Notes: a model not told the origin generated them from the letters alone. A DNA stretch of 64,000 bases from Actinomycetota bacterium (GCA_035765775.1 DASTWV010000059.1:417555-481554); one strand, 5' to 3'. Counted from the first letter of the stretch, positions 18,541-28,272 are shown. A program made the numbers and translations.

Positions 18541-19257
18541 TCAGACCCGGGAGGACGGGCACAGGTCGCTGAGCACGCAGTCCTCACAGTGGGGCACCGG
18601 CGCCTTGCACACCTTGCGGCCGTGCTCGATCAGCAGGTAGGTGAGCTGCATCCAGTTCTTGCGTGGCACCAGGGCCATGAGGTCCTTCTCCACCTTGACG
18701 GGGTCATGCTCACTGGTGAGCCCGAGGAGGCGGGACAGGCGACCGACGTGGGTGTCCACAGCGATCCCCTCGACGACGCCGTAGGCGTTGCCCAGCACCA
18801 CGTTGGCGGTCTTGCGGGCCGCTCCCGGGAGGGTGAGCATCTCCTGCATCGTCCTCGGGACCTCGCCGCCGTAGGCGTCCAACAGCCGGCGGGCCGAGCC
18901 CTGGATGGCTTTGGCCTTCATGCGGAAGAAGCCGGTGGCGTGGATGTCCCGCTCCAGCTCGGCGGGGTCGGCGGAGGCGTAGTCCTCCAGCGTGCGGTAC
19001 TTGGTGAACAGCTTCGCCGTCACCTTGTTGACCATGGCGTCGGTGCACTGCGCCGAGAGGATCGTGGCGAAGAGCATCTCGTAGGCGTTGGAGAAGGTGA
19101 GGGCGCACTTGGCGTCCGGGTACTCCTTGCTGAGGCGCCGGTAGATGATCGGGAAGCGGCGCTCAGGGGGGTCGGTCCGCCGGGCGGGGGCCTTGCGGGC
19201 TGGCTGGTCCGGGGCCGGGGCAACGGCCGGGGCCGTGACGGCAGAGGCGGTGTCCAT
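18541..19257 (-). CDS. nth: Endonuclease III (DNA glycosylase/AP lyase)
   Basis: HhH-GPD motif (LPGAARKTANVVL), catalytic Lys, and the C-terminal 4Fe-4S cluster CX6CX2CX5C (CKAPVPHCEDCVLSDLC). Confidence 0.9.
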   Translation of the reverse strand: MDTASAVTAPAVAPAPDQPARKAPARRTDPPERRFPIIYRRLSKEYPDAKCALTFSNAYEMLFATILSAQCTDAMVNKVTAKLFTKYRTLEDYASADPAELERDIHATGFFRMKAKAIQGSARRLLDAYGGEVPRTMQEMLTLPGAARKTANVVLGNAYGVVEGIAVDTHVGRLSRLLGLTSEHDPVKVEKDLMALVPRKNWMQLTYLLIEHGRKVCKAPVPHCEDCVLSDLCPSSRV

Positions 19258-19287
19258 GAGGAGCGATTGTACGGCGGGGTCGGGTCC

Positions 19288-20574
19288 TCAGACTGAAGGG
19301 AGTGCTCCCCCGCCGGCCCCATTGTGTTGAGTCAGCTCGCCCACGCGCCGGCAGAGGAACTCGATGGCCCCCGACTGCCGCTCCACCAGTGCCCGCAGGT
19401 CCTCCATGCCCCGGCTGCGGGCCTCGAGGCCGTCGAAGCGCAGGCTCAGCTCGGAGACCGCCGCCACCAGGGTGCGGCCGGTGTCCTCGTGCTCCTCGAG
19501 GCGCTGCTCGGTGCCCTCCAGCCGGCCACCTACGGTACCGGCCTCGGTGGCCCCGTTGGCCTCGATGCCGCAGACCCTGGTCAGCAGGGTCTCCACCCGG
19601 CCCTTCAGGGCTCCCACGGCGTCACCCGCCTCCCGGACGATGGCGGTCCACTCCGCCTCGTCGCTCGCCAGGCGGCGCCGGACGCTGTGGATCATCGACT
19701 CCAGGTGGACGGCGGCCCCCAGGGCCTTCTCCTCCGATTCCTGCAGCGAGTCGACCACTTCAGCCCGCAGCTGGGTCACCTCGGCGGTGGCCTGGGCGTG
19801 CACCGAGGCGGCCTCGGCGTTCAGGCGCTCCATGCGGTCCAGCGGCTCGTCGAGCCACTCGTCCACCCGGCTCTGGAACTCCCCGATGAGGGCCGCCCGA
19901 TCGGGGTAGTCCTGAGCTAATTGGCGCTGCAGCCCAGCGGCCCGGCCCTCGAACTCGGCCAGCGCCCCGCTGACCAGCGTGTCGATGCGGGCCTCGATGC
20001 TGGCCCGGCCCTGGGCGAGGGCAGTGGACAGGGCGTCGGCGCGCACCGCGGCCTCCTGCTCAAATGCCTGCTTCTCGCCCGCCATCCGGGCCTCCAGGCG
20101 CTCGGCCCGGTACGTGGTCTCGTCCAGCCGCTCGGTGATCTCCAGCCGGAGCCCCTCGACGCTGGCCCGGGTGTAGCGCTCGGCCTCGCTGGCCACCGAG
20201 CGCAACCGGCGCTCAGCGGTGGCGGCAGCCTCCCGGTAGGCCTGCGTGGCCACGGCGAACGCCTTCAGGGTGTCCTCGAGCCGGGCCCGCATGACCGCCA
20301 GCTCGGAGTCGATGAGGTGGTCGGCCTCCTCCCGGCGGGCGGCGAGGCGCTCGACCTGGCGCTCCACAAAGGTCAGCCGGCCCTCGACCTCGGCAATCGC
20401 CTCGCGCCGGGTGATCTCGTCGAGGGCCATGGACAGGTGGGCAATCGAGGCCTCCTGCTCCTGGGCGAGCTCGACATCAGCTTGCTCGCCGGCGAGCTTG
20501 ACCGCTTCGAGCTGGGCTCGGGACCCCCGGATCCGGATGGTTGACGGCGGGCTTACGTCCCTGGCGAGATCCAC
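19288..20574 (-). CDS. Hypothetical coiled-coil protein (Ala/Glu/Arg/Leu-rich, ~428 aa)
   Basis: My translation shows very high GC3 throughout the minus frame. The overlapping plus-strand ORFs are Arg/Pro-rich shadows. Confidence 0.55.
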   Translation of the reverse strand: MDLARDVSPPSTIRIRGSRAQLEAVKLAGEQADVELAQEQEASIAHLSMALDEITRREAIAEVEGRLTFVERQVERLAARREEADHLIDSELAVMRARLEDTLKAFAVATQAYREAAATAERRLRSVASEAERYTRASVEGLRLEITERLDETTYRAERLEARMAGEKQAFEQEAAVRADALSTALAQGRASIEARIDTLVSGALAEFEGRAAGLQRQLAQDYPDRAALIGEFQSRVDEWLDEPLDRMERLNAEAASVHAQATAEVTQLRAEVVDSLQESEEKALGAAVHLESMIHSVRRRLASDEAEWTAIVREAGDAVGALKGRVETLLTRVCGIEANGATEAGTVGGRLEGTEQRLEEHEDTGRTLVAAVSELSLRFDGLEARSRGMEDLRALVERQSGAIEFLCRRVGELTQHNGAGGGALPSV

Positions 20575-20734
20575 TGTTGCCCCCCCATGCGTTCTCTCCC
20601 AGCCGCCGGCGGCCTCAGACCTCCGGCACTTTTCCCCGACCGGGGTGAGAGCCTACTCCCCCCCGGGAGCACCCCTGGGATATCAATCGGCAGCTTTTCG
20701 GGTTTTCGCCGATTAAAAATTTCCTGATCGAGAC

Positions 20735-22327
20735 CTAACAGGCTGAGAAATCGGGGACCGACCCCATGAGCGGCTGCGCCGCCCCGGCGGGCAGGTACGG
20801 CGTGGGCGAAGGCGAGGGGCCCGGCGAGGCAGCCCCCGAGGCGCTGGCCGATGCCGCCGGAGCCGGCAGGGAGGTCGCGTTGTTCTGGCCCATGACCACC
20901 ACCGCGTCCGGGCGGCCGGGCAGGGTGGCCAGCAGGCTGGAGATCGCACTGGGCGCCGCCAGGACCTGGGCGTTGGGGATCTGCGACGAGGCCAGGAACT
21001 GGGCCGCAGCCTGGTTGCCCGCCGTGTAGTAGACGACCGTCGAGGCGTAGCTCGGGGCGTCGGCATTGTGGGTGGTGAGGACCGGGTACCCGCTGGCGGT
21101 CAGGGCGCTGCCCTCCCGGGCGGCGAGGCCGGCGACCCCCGTCCCGTTCAGGACGGTTACCGGGATGCTTGACGGTGTCGGGGCGGCGCTGGTGGCCGAT
21201 GCCGCGCCGCCCTGGATCCCGTAAGCGGGAAGCGTGGTGCCGTGGTTGATGGCGCTGAACAGGGCCGAGGCCTGGGTCTGGTTGGCCACCACGTAGTCGG
21301 CCCCGGCGATCCTCTCCGGGTACGACGGCACCACCCGGAAGTCGAGGTCCTGCGAGCTGAAGCTGTGGAAGTGCAGGGCCAGCGATGCCATCGTCGACAG
21401 GCTGAGGCCCGGGTCGTGGGTGACGGTGCCCAGGCCCAGGTTCATCAGCTGGGCCACCTTCACCGGGTTGAGCAGCGTCCCGGGGGTGAGCACCTTGTTC
21501 AGCATCAGCTTCACGAACAGCTGCTGGCGCTGGATGCGCCCGAAGTCGCTGTCGGTGTCCCGGTCCCGGACGAAGGCGAGGGCCTGGTCGCCGGTGAGCA
21601 GGTTGCAGCCGGCGGGCTGGTTGAGGCCCGAATTGTGGTCCACGATCTTGCGCGAGAAGTGGACGCTCACCCCGCCGAGGGTGTCGGTAATGGTCCGGAA
21701 GCTGTCGAAGTTGACCTCGGCGTAGTGGTTGATGTCCAGGCCGGTGAACTTCTCCACCGCGCTCACCATCGCCGAGACCCCGCTGTTGTAAAAGGCGTTG
21801 ATCTTCTGGTAGCCCCGCCCGTCCAGGGTCTGCACCCGGAGGTCCCGGGGCAGCGAGAGGACGATCGCCTTGCCCGAGGCGGGGTCCACGTGGACCACAG
21901 CGATGGTGTCGGCCCGCTGGCCGCTGTTCTTGTCGATGCCGGTGGGGTCGAAGAGCTTCTGGTCGGTCGGGCTGAGCACCGATCGGGTGTCGGAGCCGAG
22001 GACCAGGATGTTGAAGGCGGCCGGCGCCCCGTCGGCGGCCGGCTGGACCGAGACACAGGTGGTGCACGCCACGGCTTTCTCGTCGATCTTGTGTTTGGCG
22101 TAGAGCAGGAATGCGACAGCCGAAACCATCAGGACGCCGCAGATCAGCAGCGCAGTAGCGAGGAGCCGCTTCACCCACCGGCCCCGTCGGGTCATGTGGT
22201 AGCCGTGCCCAGTCCGGCGGCGGGGCGGGGGCCGGCGGGGCGGGGGCCGGCGGGGCGGCCCGGAACCGCGGGCGGGCCGCATCACCGGGTGCAACTGGCT
22301 CGTTTGTGTCGAGTCCCCGTCACTCAT
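20735..22327 (-). CDS. LytR-CpsA-Psr (LCP) family cell-wall glycopolymer ligase with C-terminal LytR_C domain
   Basis: Single TM (LLATALLICGVLMVSAVAFLL), then the LCP core (LVLGSDTR...ADTIAVVHVD...LSLPRDL). Probable start MSDGDS at 22327 with an Arg/Pro-rich cytoplasmic tail. Confidence 0.85.
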   Translation of the reverse strand: MSDGDSTQTSQLHPVMRPARGSGPPRRPPPRRPPPRRRTGHGYHMTRRGRWVKRLLATALLICGVLMVSAVAFLLYAKHKIDEKAVACTTCVSVQPAADGAPAAFNILVLGSDTRSVLSPTDQKLFDPTGIDKNSGQRADTIAVVHVDPASGKAIVLSLPRDLRVQTLDGRGYQKINAFYNSGVSAMVSAVEKFTGLDINHYAEVNFDSFRTITDTLGGVSVHFSRKIVDHNSGLNQPAGCNLLTGDQALAFVRDRDTDSDFGRIQRQQLFVKLMLNKVLTPGTLLNPVKVAQLMNLGLGTVTHDPGLSLSTMASLALHFHSFSSQDLDFRVVPSYPERIAGADYVVANQTQASALFSAINHGTTLPAYGIQGGAASATSAAPTPSSIPVTVLNGTGVAGLAAREGSALTASGYPVLTTHNADAPSYASTVVYYTAGNQAAAQFLASSQIPNAQVLAAPSAISSLLATLPGRPDAVVVMGQNNATSLPAPAASASASGAASPGPSPSPTPYLPAGAAQPLMGSVPDFSAC

Positions 22328-22569
22328 ATCGGCGATCCCCTGTCGGCTCCGTCCATGCCGTCTGCGCTCCCGCGGCACCGCCCGGGGCGTGCCCCCGCGG
22401 GCGGGGGTGAACGGTGACCTGCGTGCTCCGCCGTCGCATGCCCGGTGGTGCCGGGGTGGCGGCGCGCCGCGCGGGCTCGATCCCTGTTTCGGCGGACCCC
22501 CATGCGAGCAGCACCCGGCGCCTCGGGCCAAGAGTATGCCGCAACCCCCGAGAGTCCATGCGGCATTGC

Positions 22570-23655
22570 TCAGACACCGTTAAGCCCGGCGACCATCCGG
22601 TAGGCGTCGATGGTCCGGGCAGCGGTGGCCTCCCAGGTGTAGCGGGCCGCCTGCGCCCGCCCGCGCTCCACCGCCTGCGCCCGGACGGTCTCGTCGCTGA
22701 CCACCCGGCGGACGGCGTCGGCGATTGAGGAGACGTCCAGGGGGTCGCACCACACCGGGGCATCTCCCAGGACCTCGGGCAGCGATCCGGCCGCCGCAGC
22801 GACCACCGGCACCCCGGCCGCCATGGCCTCCAGCGGCGGGAGGCCGAAGCCCTCGTAGAGCGACGGGAAGACGAAGGCCCGAGCACCGGCCAGCAGGAGC
22901 GCCAGCTCCCGGTCCGGCAGGTAGCCGACCGTCTGGACCCGGCCGGCGATCCCGAGGCTGTCCGCCAGGACGAGCGGGTCGCCCCCGCCCCACCCGGCCG
23001 GTCCGGCGAGGATCAGGCGGACGTCGAGGTCGCGCAACTGGGCGAAGGCCCGGATCAGGCGGTCAAGGTTCTTGCGGGGCTCCTGGGTGCCGATGAACAA
23101 GACGTAGCTGCTGGTGGTTCCCCCCGGGGAACCGAGGACCCGGGCACCCGGGCGCACCCCCTCGGGCGTCACCACGATGCGGACCCGCTCCACGCCCAGC
23201 TCCGCAGCCACCTGGTCCGCCACCGTCGCCGAGGGCGTGATCACCACCCGGCAGCGGGCCAGCACCTTGGGAAGGATCCACCGGTAGCGGCGCACCGGCG
23301 GGGTGCAGAACTCGGGATACAGCAAGAAGGTGAGGTCGTGGATGGTCACGACCCCGTTGCGCCGCCGCAGGGGGGGCACCCAGAAGTTGGTGCCGTGCAC
23401 CACATCGACCCGGCCGGTGAGCGCCTCGCCGGGCACCCAAGGGACCCGGTCCCAGCCCGAGGCGGCGAGGCGGGCGGGCACCCGGAGCCGGCGGACATGG
23501 CGGGCCTCCAGGGCGTCCCGCTGGCGCCCGACGGCGAACAGCGTCACCTCGAGCGAGGGGTCGGCGGCCTCCAGATGCTCGAGGAGGGCGCCGGTGTAGT
23601 GGCCGACCCCGGTGCGGGCGTTGAGCAGCGGGGCGGCGTCGAGGGCGACTCTCAC
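22570..23655 (-). CDS. Glycosyltransferase family 4 (GT-B, group 1)
   Basis: C-terminal EGFGLPPLEAM motif. GTG start at 23655 (VRVALDAAPLLN); upstream ORF portion is non-coding-like. Confidence 0.8.
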   Translation of the reverse strand: MRVALDAAPLLNARTGVGHYTGALLEHLEAADPSLEVTLFAVGRQRDALEARHVRRLRVPARLAASGWDRVPWVPGEALTGRVDVVHGTNFWVPPLRRRNGVVTIHDLTFLLYPEFCTPPVRRYRWILPKVLARCRVVITPSATVADQVAAELGVERVRIVVTPEGVRPGARVLGSPGGTTSSYVLFIGTQEPRKNLDRLIRAFAQLRDLDVRLILAGPAGWGGGDPLVLADSLGIAGRVQTVGYLPDRELALLLAGARAFVFPSLYEGFGLPPLEAMAAGVPVVAAAAGSLPEVLGDAPVWCDPLDVSSIADAVRRVVSDETVRAQAVERGRAQAARYTWEATAARTIDAYRMVAGLNGV

Positions 23656-23719
23656 GGGAAGACAGCGTAGGCGGAGCCGGAGCGCCAGGGAAGACAGCGT
23701 AGGCGTAGGCGGAGCCGGA
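23656..23719. promoter_or_regulatory. Direct repeat (GGGAAGACAGCGTAGGCGGAGCCGGA, 26 nt, repeated with a 6-nt internal TAGGCG duplication) in the divergent promoter region between two GT4 genes
   Basis: Seen directly in the sequence; it lies in the 98-bp intergenic space between start codons at 23655 (minus) and 23754 (plus). Confidence 0.45.
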
Positions 23720-23753
23720 CGGAACGACTCTCCTCCCAATAAGCTGCCGGGCC

Positions 23754-24857
23754 ATGCGCATCGGAGTGAATCTGCTCTTCGTCGAGCCCGGTGAGGTGGG
23801 CGGCTCGGAGGCCCTCCTGACCAATCTGGTTCGGGCGGTGGCCGGTGAGGGCCAGGAGCTCGTGGTGGCCGCCATGCAGGGGTTCCGGGCGGCGCACCCC
23901 GACCTGGAGGCCCTGGCGGAGATCGTCGAGGTCCCCTGGCGCTCCAACTACCGGGCACTGCGGATCGCCGCCGAGCACTCGTGGCTGGCGGTGACCGCCC
24001 GGCGGCGCCACCTCGACGTCATCCACCACGGGGTCGGCACGGCACCGTTCGTGAAGACGCTGCCCACCGTCGTCACCGTCCACGACATCCAGTACCGGCA
24101 CTACCCCGAGTACTTCCCGGCAGCGAAGCTGGCCTGGTTGCGGGTCAATGTGCCCTTCGTCGTCCGGCACTCCGAGGTGGTGACCGTGCCCTCGCACTTC
24201 GTCCGGGAGGACGTGCTGGCCGCGTTCGATGCCGATCCCGACCGGATCCGGGTGGTGCCCTTTGGGAGCGAGGGCCTGCTGGCCACCTCGGCGGGTGCCG
24301 AGGTGGTGCGCCAGCGCTATCAGCTCGAGCGTCCGCTGTTCTTCTTTCCCGGGCGCTCCTACCCGCACAAGAACCACCGCTTCCTGGTGGAGGCCTTCGC
24401 CCCGCTGGCAGACCGCGCCGACCTGGTGTTCACCGGCCCGCCCGGCCCCCGGGACGAGGAGATTGACCAGACCGCCGCCGGCCTGGGCATCGGCGCGGCT
24501 GTCCGGCGCCTCGGCCTGGTCAGCCGGGCGGAACTGGCCGCCCTGTACGAGGCCGCCACCGCGCTGGCCTGGCCCTCGCGCTTCGAGGGCTTCGGGGTGC
24601 CGGTGCTGGAGGCGATGACCGCCGGCTGCCCAGTGGTGGCCTCCCGGGCCACCGCAATCCCGGAGGTGGTGGGCGGCGCCGGCATCCTGCTCTCGCCGGA
24701 CGACACCGAGGGTTGGACATCGGCACTCGACCGGGTGCTGTCCGACCCTGCCCTCGCCGCCTCGCTGTCCGCCGCCGGCCGGGAGCGCCTGGCCGAGTTC
24801 TCCTGGGAGCGCTCGGGCCGGCTGCAGGTCGAGGCCTACCAGCAGGCGGTGGCATGA
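23754..24857 (+). CDS. Glycosyltransferase family 4 (GT-B, group 1)
   Basis: EGFGVPVLEAM motif and the RFEG...E pattern. Confidence 0.8.
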   Translation: MRIGVNLLFVEPGEVGGSEALLTNLVRAVAGEGQELVVAAMQGFRAAHPDLEALAEIVEVPWRSNYRALRIAAEHSWLAVTARRRHLDVIHHGVGTAPFVKTLPTVVTVHDIQYRHYPEYFPAAKLAWLRVNVPFVVRHSEVVTVPSHFVREDVLAAFDADPDRIRVVPFGSEGLLATSAGAEVVRQRYQLERPLFFFPGRSYPHKNHRFLVEAFAPLADRADLVFTGPPGPRDEEIDQTAAGLGIGAAVRRLGLVSRAELAALYEAATALAWPSRFEGFGVPVLEAMTAGCPVVASRATAIPEVVGGAGILLSPDDTEGWTSALDRVLSDPALAASLSAAGRERLAEFSWERSGRLQVEAYQQAVA

Positions 24858-25657
24858 GCGCGCCCGCGGTCGCCCTGGTGTTCGTCTCCACCGACGAGAA
24901 CCACGTCCTGCGCCACGCCCTCGAGTCCCTGGAGCAGGACCCACCCCGCCACCCGCTCCAGATCGTGGTGGTGGACAACGCCTCCACCGACGGCGTCGCC
25001 CAGGAGACCCGGGCACGGTGGCCGGAGGTCACCGTCCTCACGAACGGGTGGCGGCGCGGCCTGCCCGCCAACCTGAACACCGGCATCCGGGCGACCTCGG
25101 CCCCCTTCGTCCTGCTGTGCAACCCCGACCTCGAGTTCCGCCCGGGCGCGGTGGATGCCCTGGCCGACTTCCTCGAGGAGCACCCCCGGGCGGGCATGGC
25201 GGCGCCGAAGTTGCTGTCGCCCGAGGGCGAGGTCCGTCCCTCGGCCCGGCGCTGGTACACCATCCAGGCCCTCATCGCCCTGAAGGTGGCGCTGCCCGAG
25301 GACGAGCAGCCCCCCTCGGTGGCCCGCAGCGTGTACGCCGACTGGGACTACAAGGAGCCCCGGGAAGTGGACTGGGTGCCGTGCCCGGCGACGCTGGTCC
25401 GGCGCTCGGCGCTCCAGGAGGTGGGCCTGATGGACGAGCGGTTCCGCCTCTACTTCGACGACGTCGACATCTCGCTGCGCATGCATCTCGGCGGGTGGGA
25501 GGTGTGGTGCGTCCCGGGGGCCGAGGTGGTCCACTTCGAGCGCCGGGACAGCGTGCAGGCGTTCTCGCCGCAGTGGCGGTGGCACCTGGCGTCGCTGGGG
25601 AAGTTCGCCTGGAAGCACAAGGGCCTGGGGCCGCCGGGCGTCGGGAGCCGGCTGTAG
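24854..25657 (+). CDS. Glycosyltransferase family 2 (GT-A)
   Basis: VVDNASTDG and a DxD-like CNPDLEF; ATGA start/stop overlap with the preceding GT4 gene indicates translational coupling. Confidence 0.8.
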   Translation: MSAPAVALVFVSTDENHVLRHALESLEQDPPRHPLQIVVVDNASTDGVAQETRARWPEVTVLTNGWRRGLPANLNTGIRATSAPFVLLCNPDLEFRPGAVDALADFLEEHPRAGMAAPKLLSPEGEVRPSARRWYTIQALIALKVALPEDEQPPSVARSVYADWDYKEPREVDWVPCPATLVRRSALQEVGLMDERFRLYFDDVDISLRMHLGGWEVWCVPGAEVVHFERRDSVQAFSPQWRWHLASLGKFAWKHKGLGPPGVGSRL

Positions 25658-25774
25658 GCACCAGCGGTAGACGGCGGGCGGGCGCGGAGTTTTTCTGCGG
25701 TTATCTATTAAGCGAGAGAACGCTCCACCAACGGCCATAGACACCCCTCGCCGGGGCCCGGCGTAGGCTCGATC

Positions 25775-26571
25775 GTGGACACACCCGTGGTGGTGGCGGT
25801 GGACTGGTCCGGCCGGCGCCGGGGGGCAGAGGCGCACACCTGGTGCGCCGTAGTTCGGGACGGCCGGCTGGTGGCCCTCTCCGGAGGGTGGACGGCACCG
25901 GGCTTGCGGCACTGGTTGCAGGCCCTTGCGGAGCGGGACCCGATGCTGATGGTCGGCCTCGACTTCGCCTTCTCCTTCCCCGCCTGGTTCCTCGCCGCCC
26001 GGGAGGTTGGGTCCGGGCCGGAGCTCTGGGCGATGGCCGAGGCGCGGGGGGAGGAGTGGCTCGCCGAATGCCCGCTCCCGTTCTGGGGGCGACGGGCGCG
26101 CTGGCAGCGGCCCGATCTCGGGGGGCGCGCCCATTTCCGCGTGACCGATCTCGAAACGCCGGCGTGCGCCCCAAGTCGCCCTTCCAGGTGGGCGGGTCGG
26201 GCAGTGTGGGGACCGGCTCCATCCGGGGCATGCCCCTGCTGGCATCATTGCGCAGGGCCGGGTTCGCCGTCTGGCCATTCGAACCCGTCGCCACCTCCAC
26301 CTGGCCCCGGGTGGTCGAGATCTATCCCCGGGTGCTGACCGGGCCGGTGGCCAAGTCGCAGGAGGCGGCCCGGCGGGTGCACACGGGTGCGCTCGGATGG
26401 CCTCTGGACCCTCGCCACCAAGAGCAGGTGGCGGGTAGCGAGGACGCTTTCGATGCCGCCTTTTCGGCCCGGGCGATGGCGCTTGGGGCTGCGGCAGGGA
26501 TCGATCTGCCGCCGGTCCCGCCCGAGGCGGTACTGGAGGGTTGGATCTGGCGTCCTCAGCCCTCCAGGTAG
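25775..26571 (+). pseudogene. DUF429-like (predicted RNase H-fold) protein, disrupted by a -1 frameshift near 26150-26170
   Basis: Two overlapping ORFs (25775..26338 and 25843..26571) are both protein-like and join as ...HFRVTDLETPACAP / KSPFQVGGSGSVGTGSIRGMPLLASL... Confidence 0.5.
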
Positions 26572-27200
26572 TGCTCCAACAGGGCCGCCACCCGGGCCAG
26601 CTCCCCGGCGTCGAGGATCCTCGGCTCGCCCGCCAGGCGGGCCCGGTAGTACAGGGCGCACAGCCACTCCAGCAGCACGGCCCGCTCGTACGCCTCGTGC
26701 AGGGTGGCGCCCACCGTCACGGCCCCGTGGTTGCCCAGCAGCAGCGCCGAGCGACCCTCCAGCCCGGCGGCCATGCCCGCCGCCAGCTCGGCGCTGCCCG
26801 GGGTGGCGTAGGCCGCCACCCGCACCGGACCGCCCAGCAGCGCCACGAGGTAGTGCACGCCGGGGATCTCGTCCACCAGCGTGCCCAGCGTCGTGGCGTA
26901 CGGGGAATGGGTGTGCACCACCGCCCCGGCCCCCGTCGCCCGGTAGGCGGCGAGGTGCATCGGGAGCTCGGTGGACGGGGCGTGCGGCCCGGCCTCGATG
27001 ACCTCGCCCGCCTCGCTCACCAGGCAGAGGTGGCCGGTCTGCAGGGTCCCGTAGGCCACGCCGCTCGGGGTCACGAGGATCCGGTCAGGCGCCACCCGCA
27101 CGCTGAGGTTGCCGGCCGTGCCGGTCGCCAGGCCGTCCGGGCCGAGACGCCGGGCGGTGGCGACCAGATCGGCTCCCGCCTCGTCCTGGAAGTTGGTCAT
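26556..27200 (-). CDS. Class II aldolase/adducin family protein (MtnB-like methylthioribulose-1-phosphate dehydratase or fuculose-phosphate aldolase)
   Basis: MTNFQDEAGADL start. Zinc-binding His triad region (VVHTHSPYATT and a second His-containing segment). ATGA overlap with the mtnA stop indicates coupling. Confidence 0.8.
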   Translation of the reverse strand: MTNFQDEAGADLVATARRLGPDGLATGTAGNLSVRVAPDRILVTPSGVAYGTLQTGHLCLVSEAGEVIEAGPHAPSTELPMHLAAYRATGAGAVVHTHSPYATTLGTLVDEIPGVHYLVALLGGPVRVAAYATPGSAELAAGMAAGLEGRSALLLGNHGAVTVGATLHEAYERAVLLEWLCALYYRARLAGEPRILDAGELARVAALLEHYLEG

Positions 27201-28265
27201 GCCGGGCGCAGGCCCTGGCGCACGGCCTCGGCCACCCCCTCGGCGATCGCCGGCCCGAACGGGGGCCGCAGCACGCCGGCGTCGGTGAGGAAGGCGGTGA
27301 TGAGCCGGGCCGGGGTGACGTCGAAGGCGGGGTTCCACACCGCCACGTCGGGCGCCGTCGCTCGCCCGCCGAAGCTGCGCACCTCGTCGGCGGACCGCTC
27401 CTCGATGACGATGCCGGCGCCTGTGGGAGTGTCCAGGTCGAAGGTGGTCATCGGCCCGGCGACGTAGAACGGGATGCCGGCGGCGTGGGCGAGCACGGCG
27501 AGGCTGAAGGTACCGATCTTGTTGGCGGTGTCGCCGTTGGCGGCCACCCGGTCGCACCCGACCACCACCGCGTCTGCCCGCCCGGCCGCCAGGGCGGCAC
27601 CCGCGGCTCCGTCGGGGATCAGCGTCACCGGAACGCCGGCCTGGGACAGCTCCCAGGCGGTGAGCCGGGCGCCCTGCAGCAGGGGCCGGGTCTCGCACGC
27701 CAGGACCTCGACCGGCTCGCCCGCATCGGCCTTGGCGTAGGCCACCGCCAGAGCGGTGCCGATGCCCGCCGAGGCCAGCCGGCCGGCATTGCAGTAGGTC
27801 ATGAGCCGGGACTGATCGGTCAGCTCCAGCCGGGCGATCTCCCCGATCAGCCGGGCGGAGCGGCGGTCCGCCTCCTGGATGCGCTGGGCCTCCTCGAGCG
27901 CCAGGGACCGGGCCTCCTCATAGGTGGCCCCGACGGCCGCCACCGCGGCCACCCGGTTCGCCGCCCAGGCCAGGTTGACCGCCGTGGGACGGGCGCCCCC
28001 CACTGCGCCGGCCGACCAGCGGAGGCACTCGTGGACCTCGGCAGGCGCCGCGGGGTGCCGCTCGTCCAGCCCCAGCACGATGCCGAAAGCGCCGCACACC
28101 CCGATGGCGGGCGCACCCCGGACGACGAGGCGCTGGAGTGCGTCAACGACGTCGGCCACCGTCTTCAGGGACCGGACCTCCAGCCGCCCGGGGAGGAGCG
28201 TCTGGTCGATGACCTCCAGATGGTCGCCCCGCCAGGCGATGGTCGGGACGTCGGCCGGGTCCGGG
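27197..28265 (-). CDS. mtnA: S-methyl-5-thioribose-1-phosphate isomerase (eIF-2B alpha/beta/delta-like)
   Basis: LVVRGAPAIGVCGA, the CNAG...G motif and GCDRVAANGDTANKIGT are MtnA hallmarks. No canonical in-frame start downstream of the upstream ORF stop, so the 5' end is approximate. Confidence 0.8.
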
Positions 28266-28272
28266 TCCGAGC

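Noticed and set aside
20553-22531. Long Arg/Pro-rich ORFs on both strands over the LCP gene, and the N-terminal 68 codons of the LCP ORF itself
   Set aside because: Shadow frames. The LCP N-terminal extension upstream of MSDGDS has non-coding character and no RBS, so the start was moved to 22327.
22570-23958. Upstream ~100 codons of the GT4 ORF and similar N-terminal extensions of many ORFs (e.g. 26556..27698, 27197..28897, 38075..39934, 39237..40475, 58816..61182)
   Set aside because: Extensions are Arg/Pro/Gly-rich with no RBS, while conserved protein sequence begins at an internal ATG or GTG preceded by a purine-rich RBS. Internal starts were used.
26270-26300. TTCGAACCC...CCACC resembling a tRNA 3' end
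   Set aside because: No cloverleaf is possible and it lies inside the DUF429 coding frame. Coincidental.
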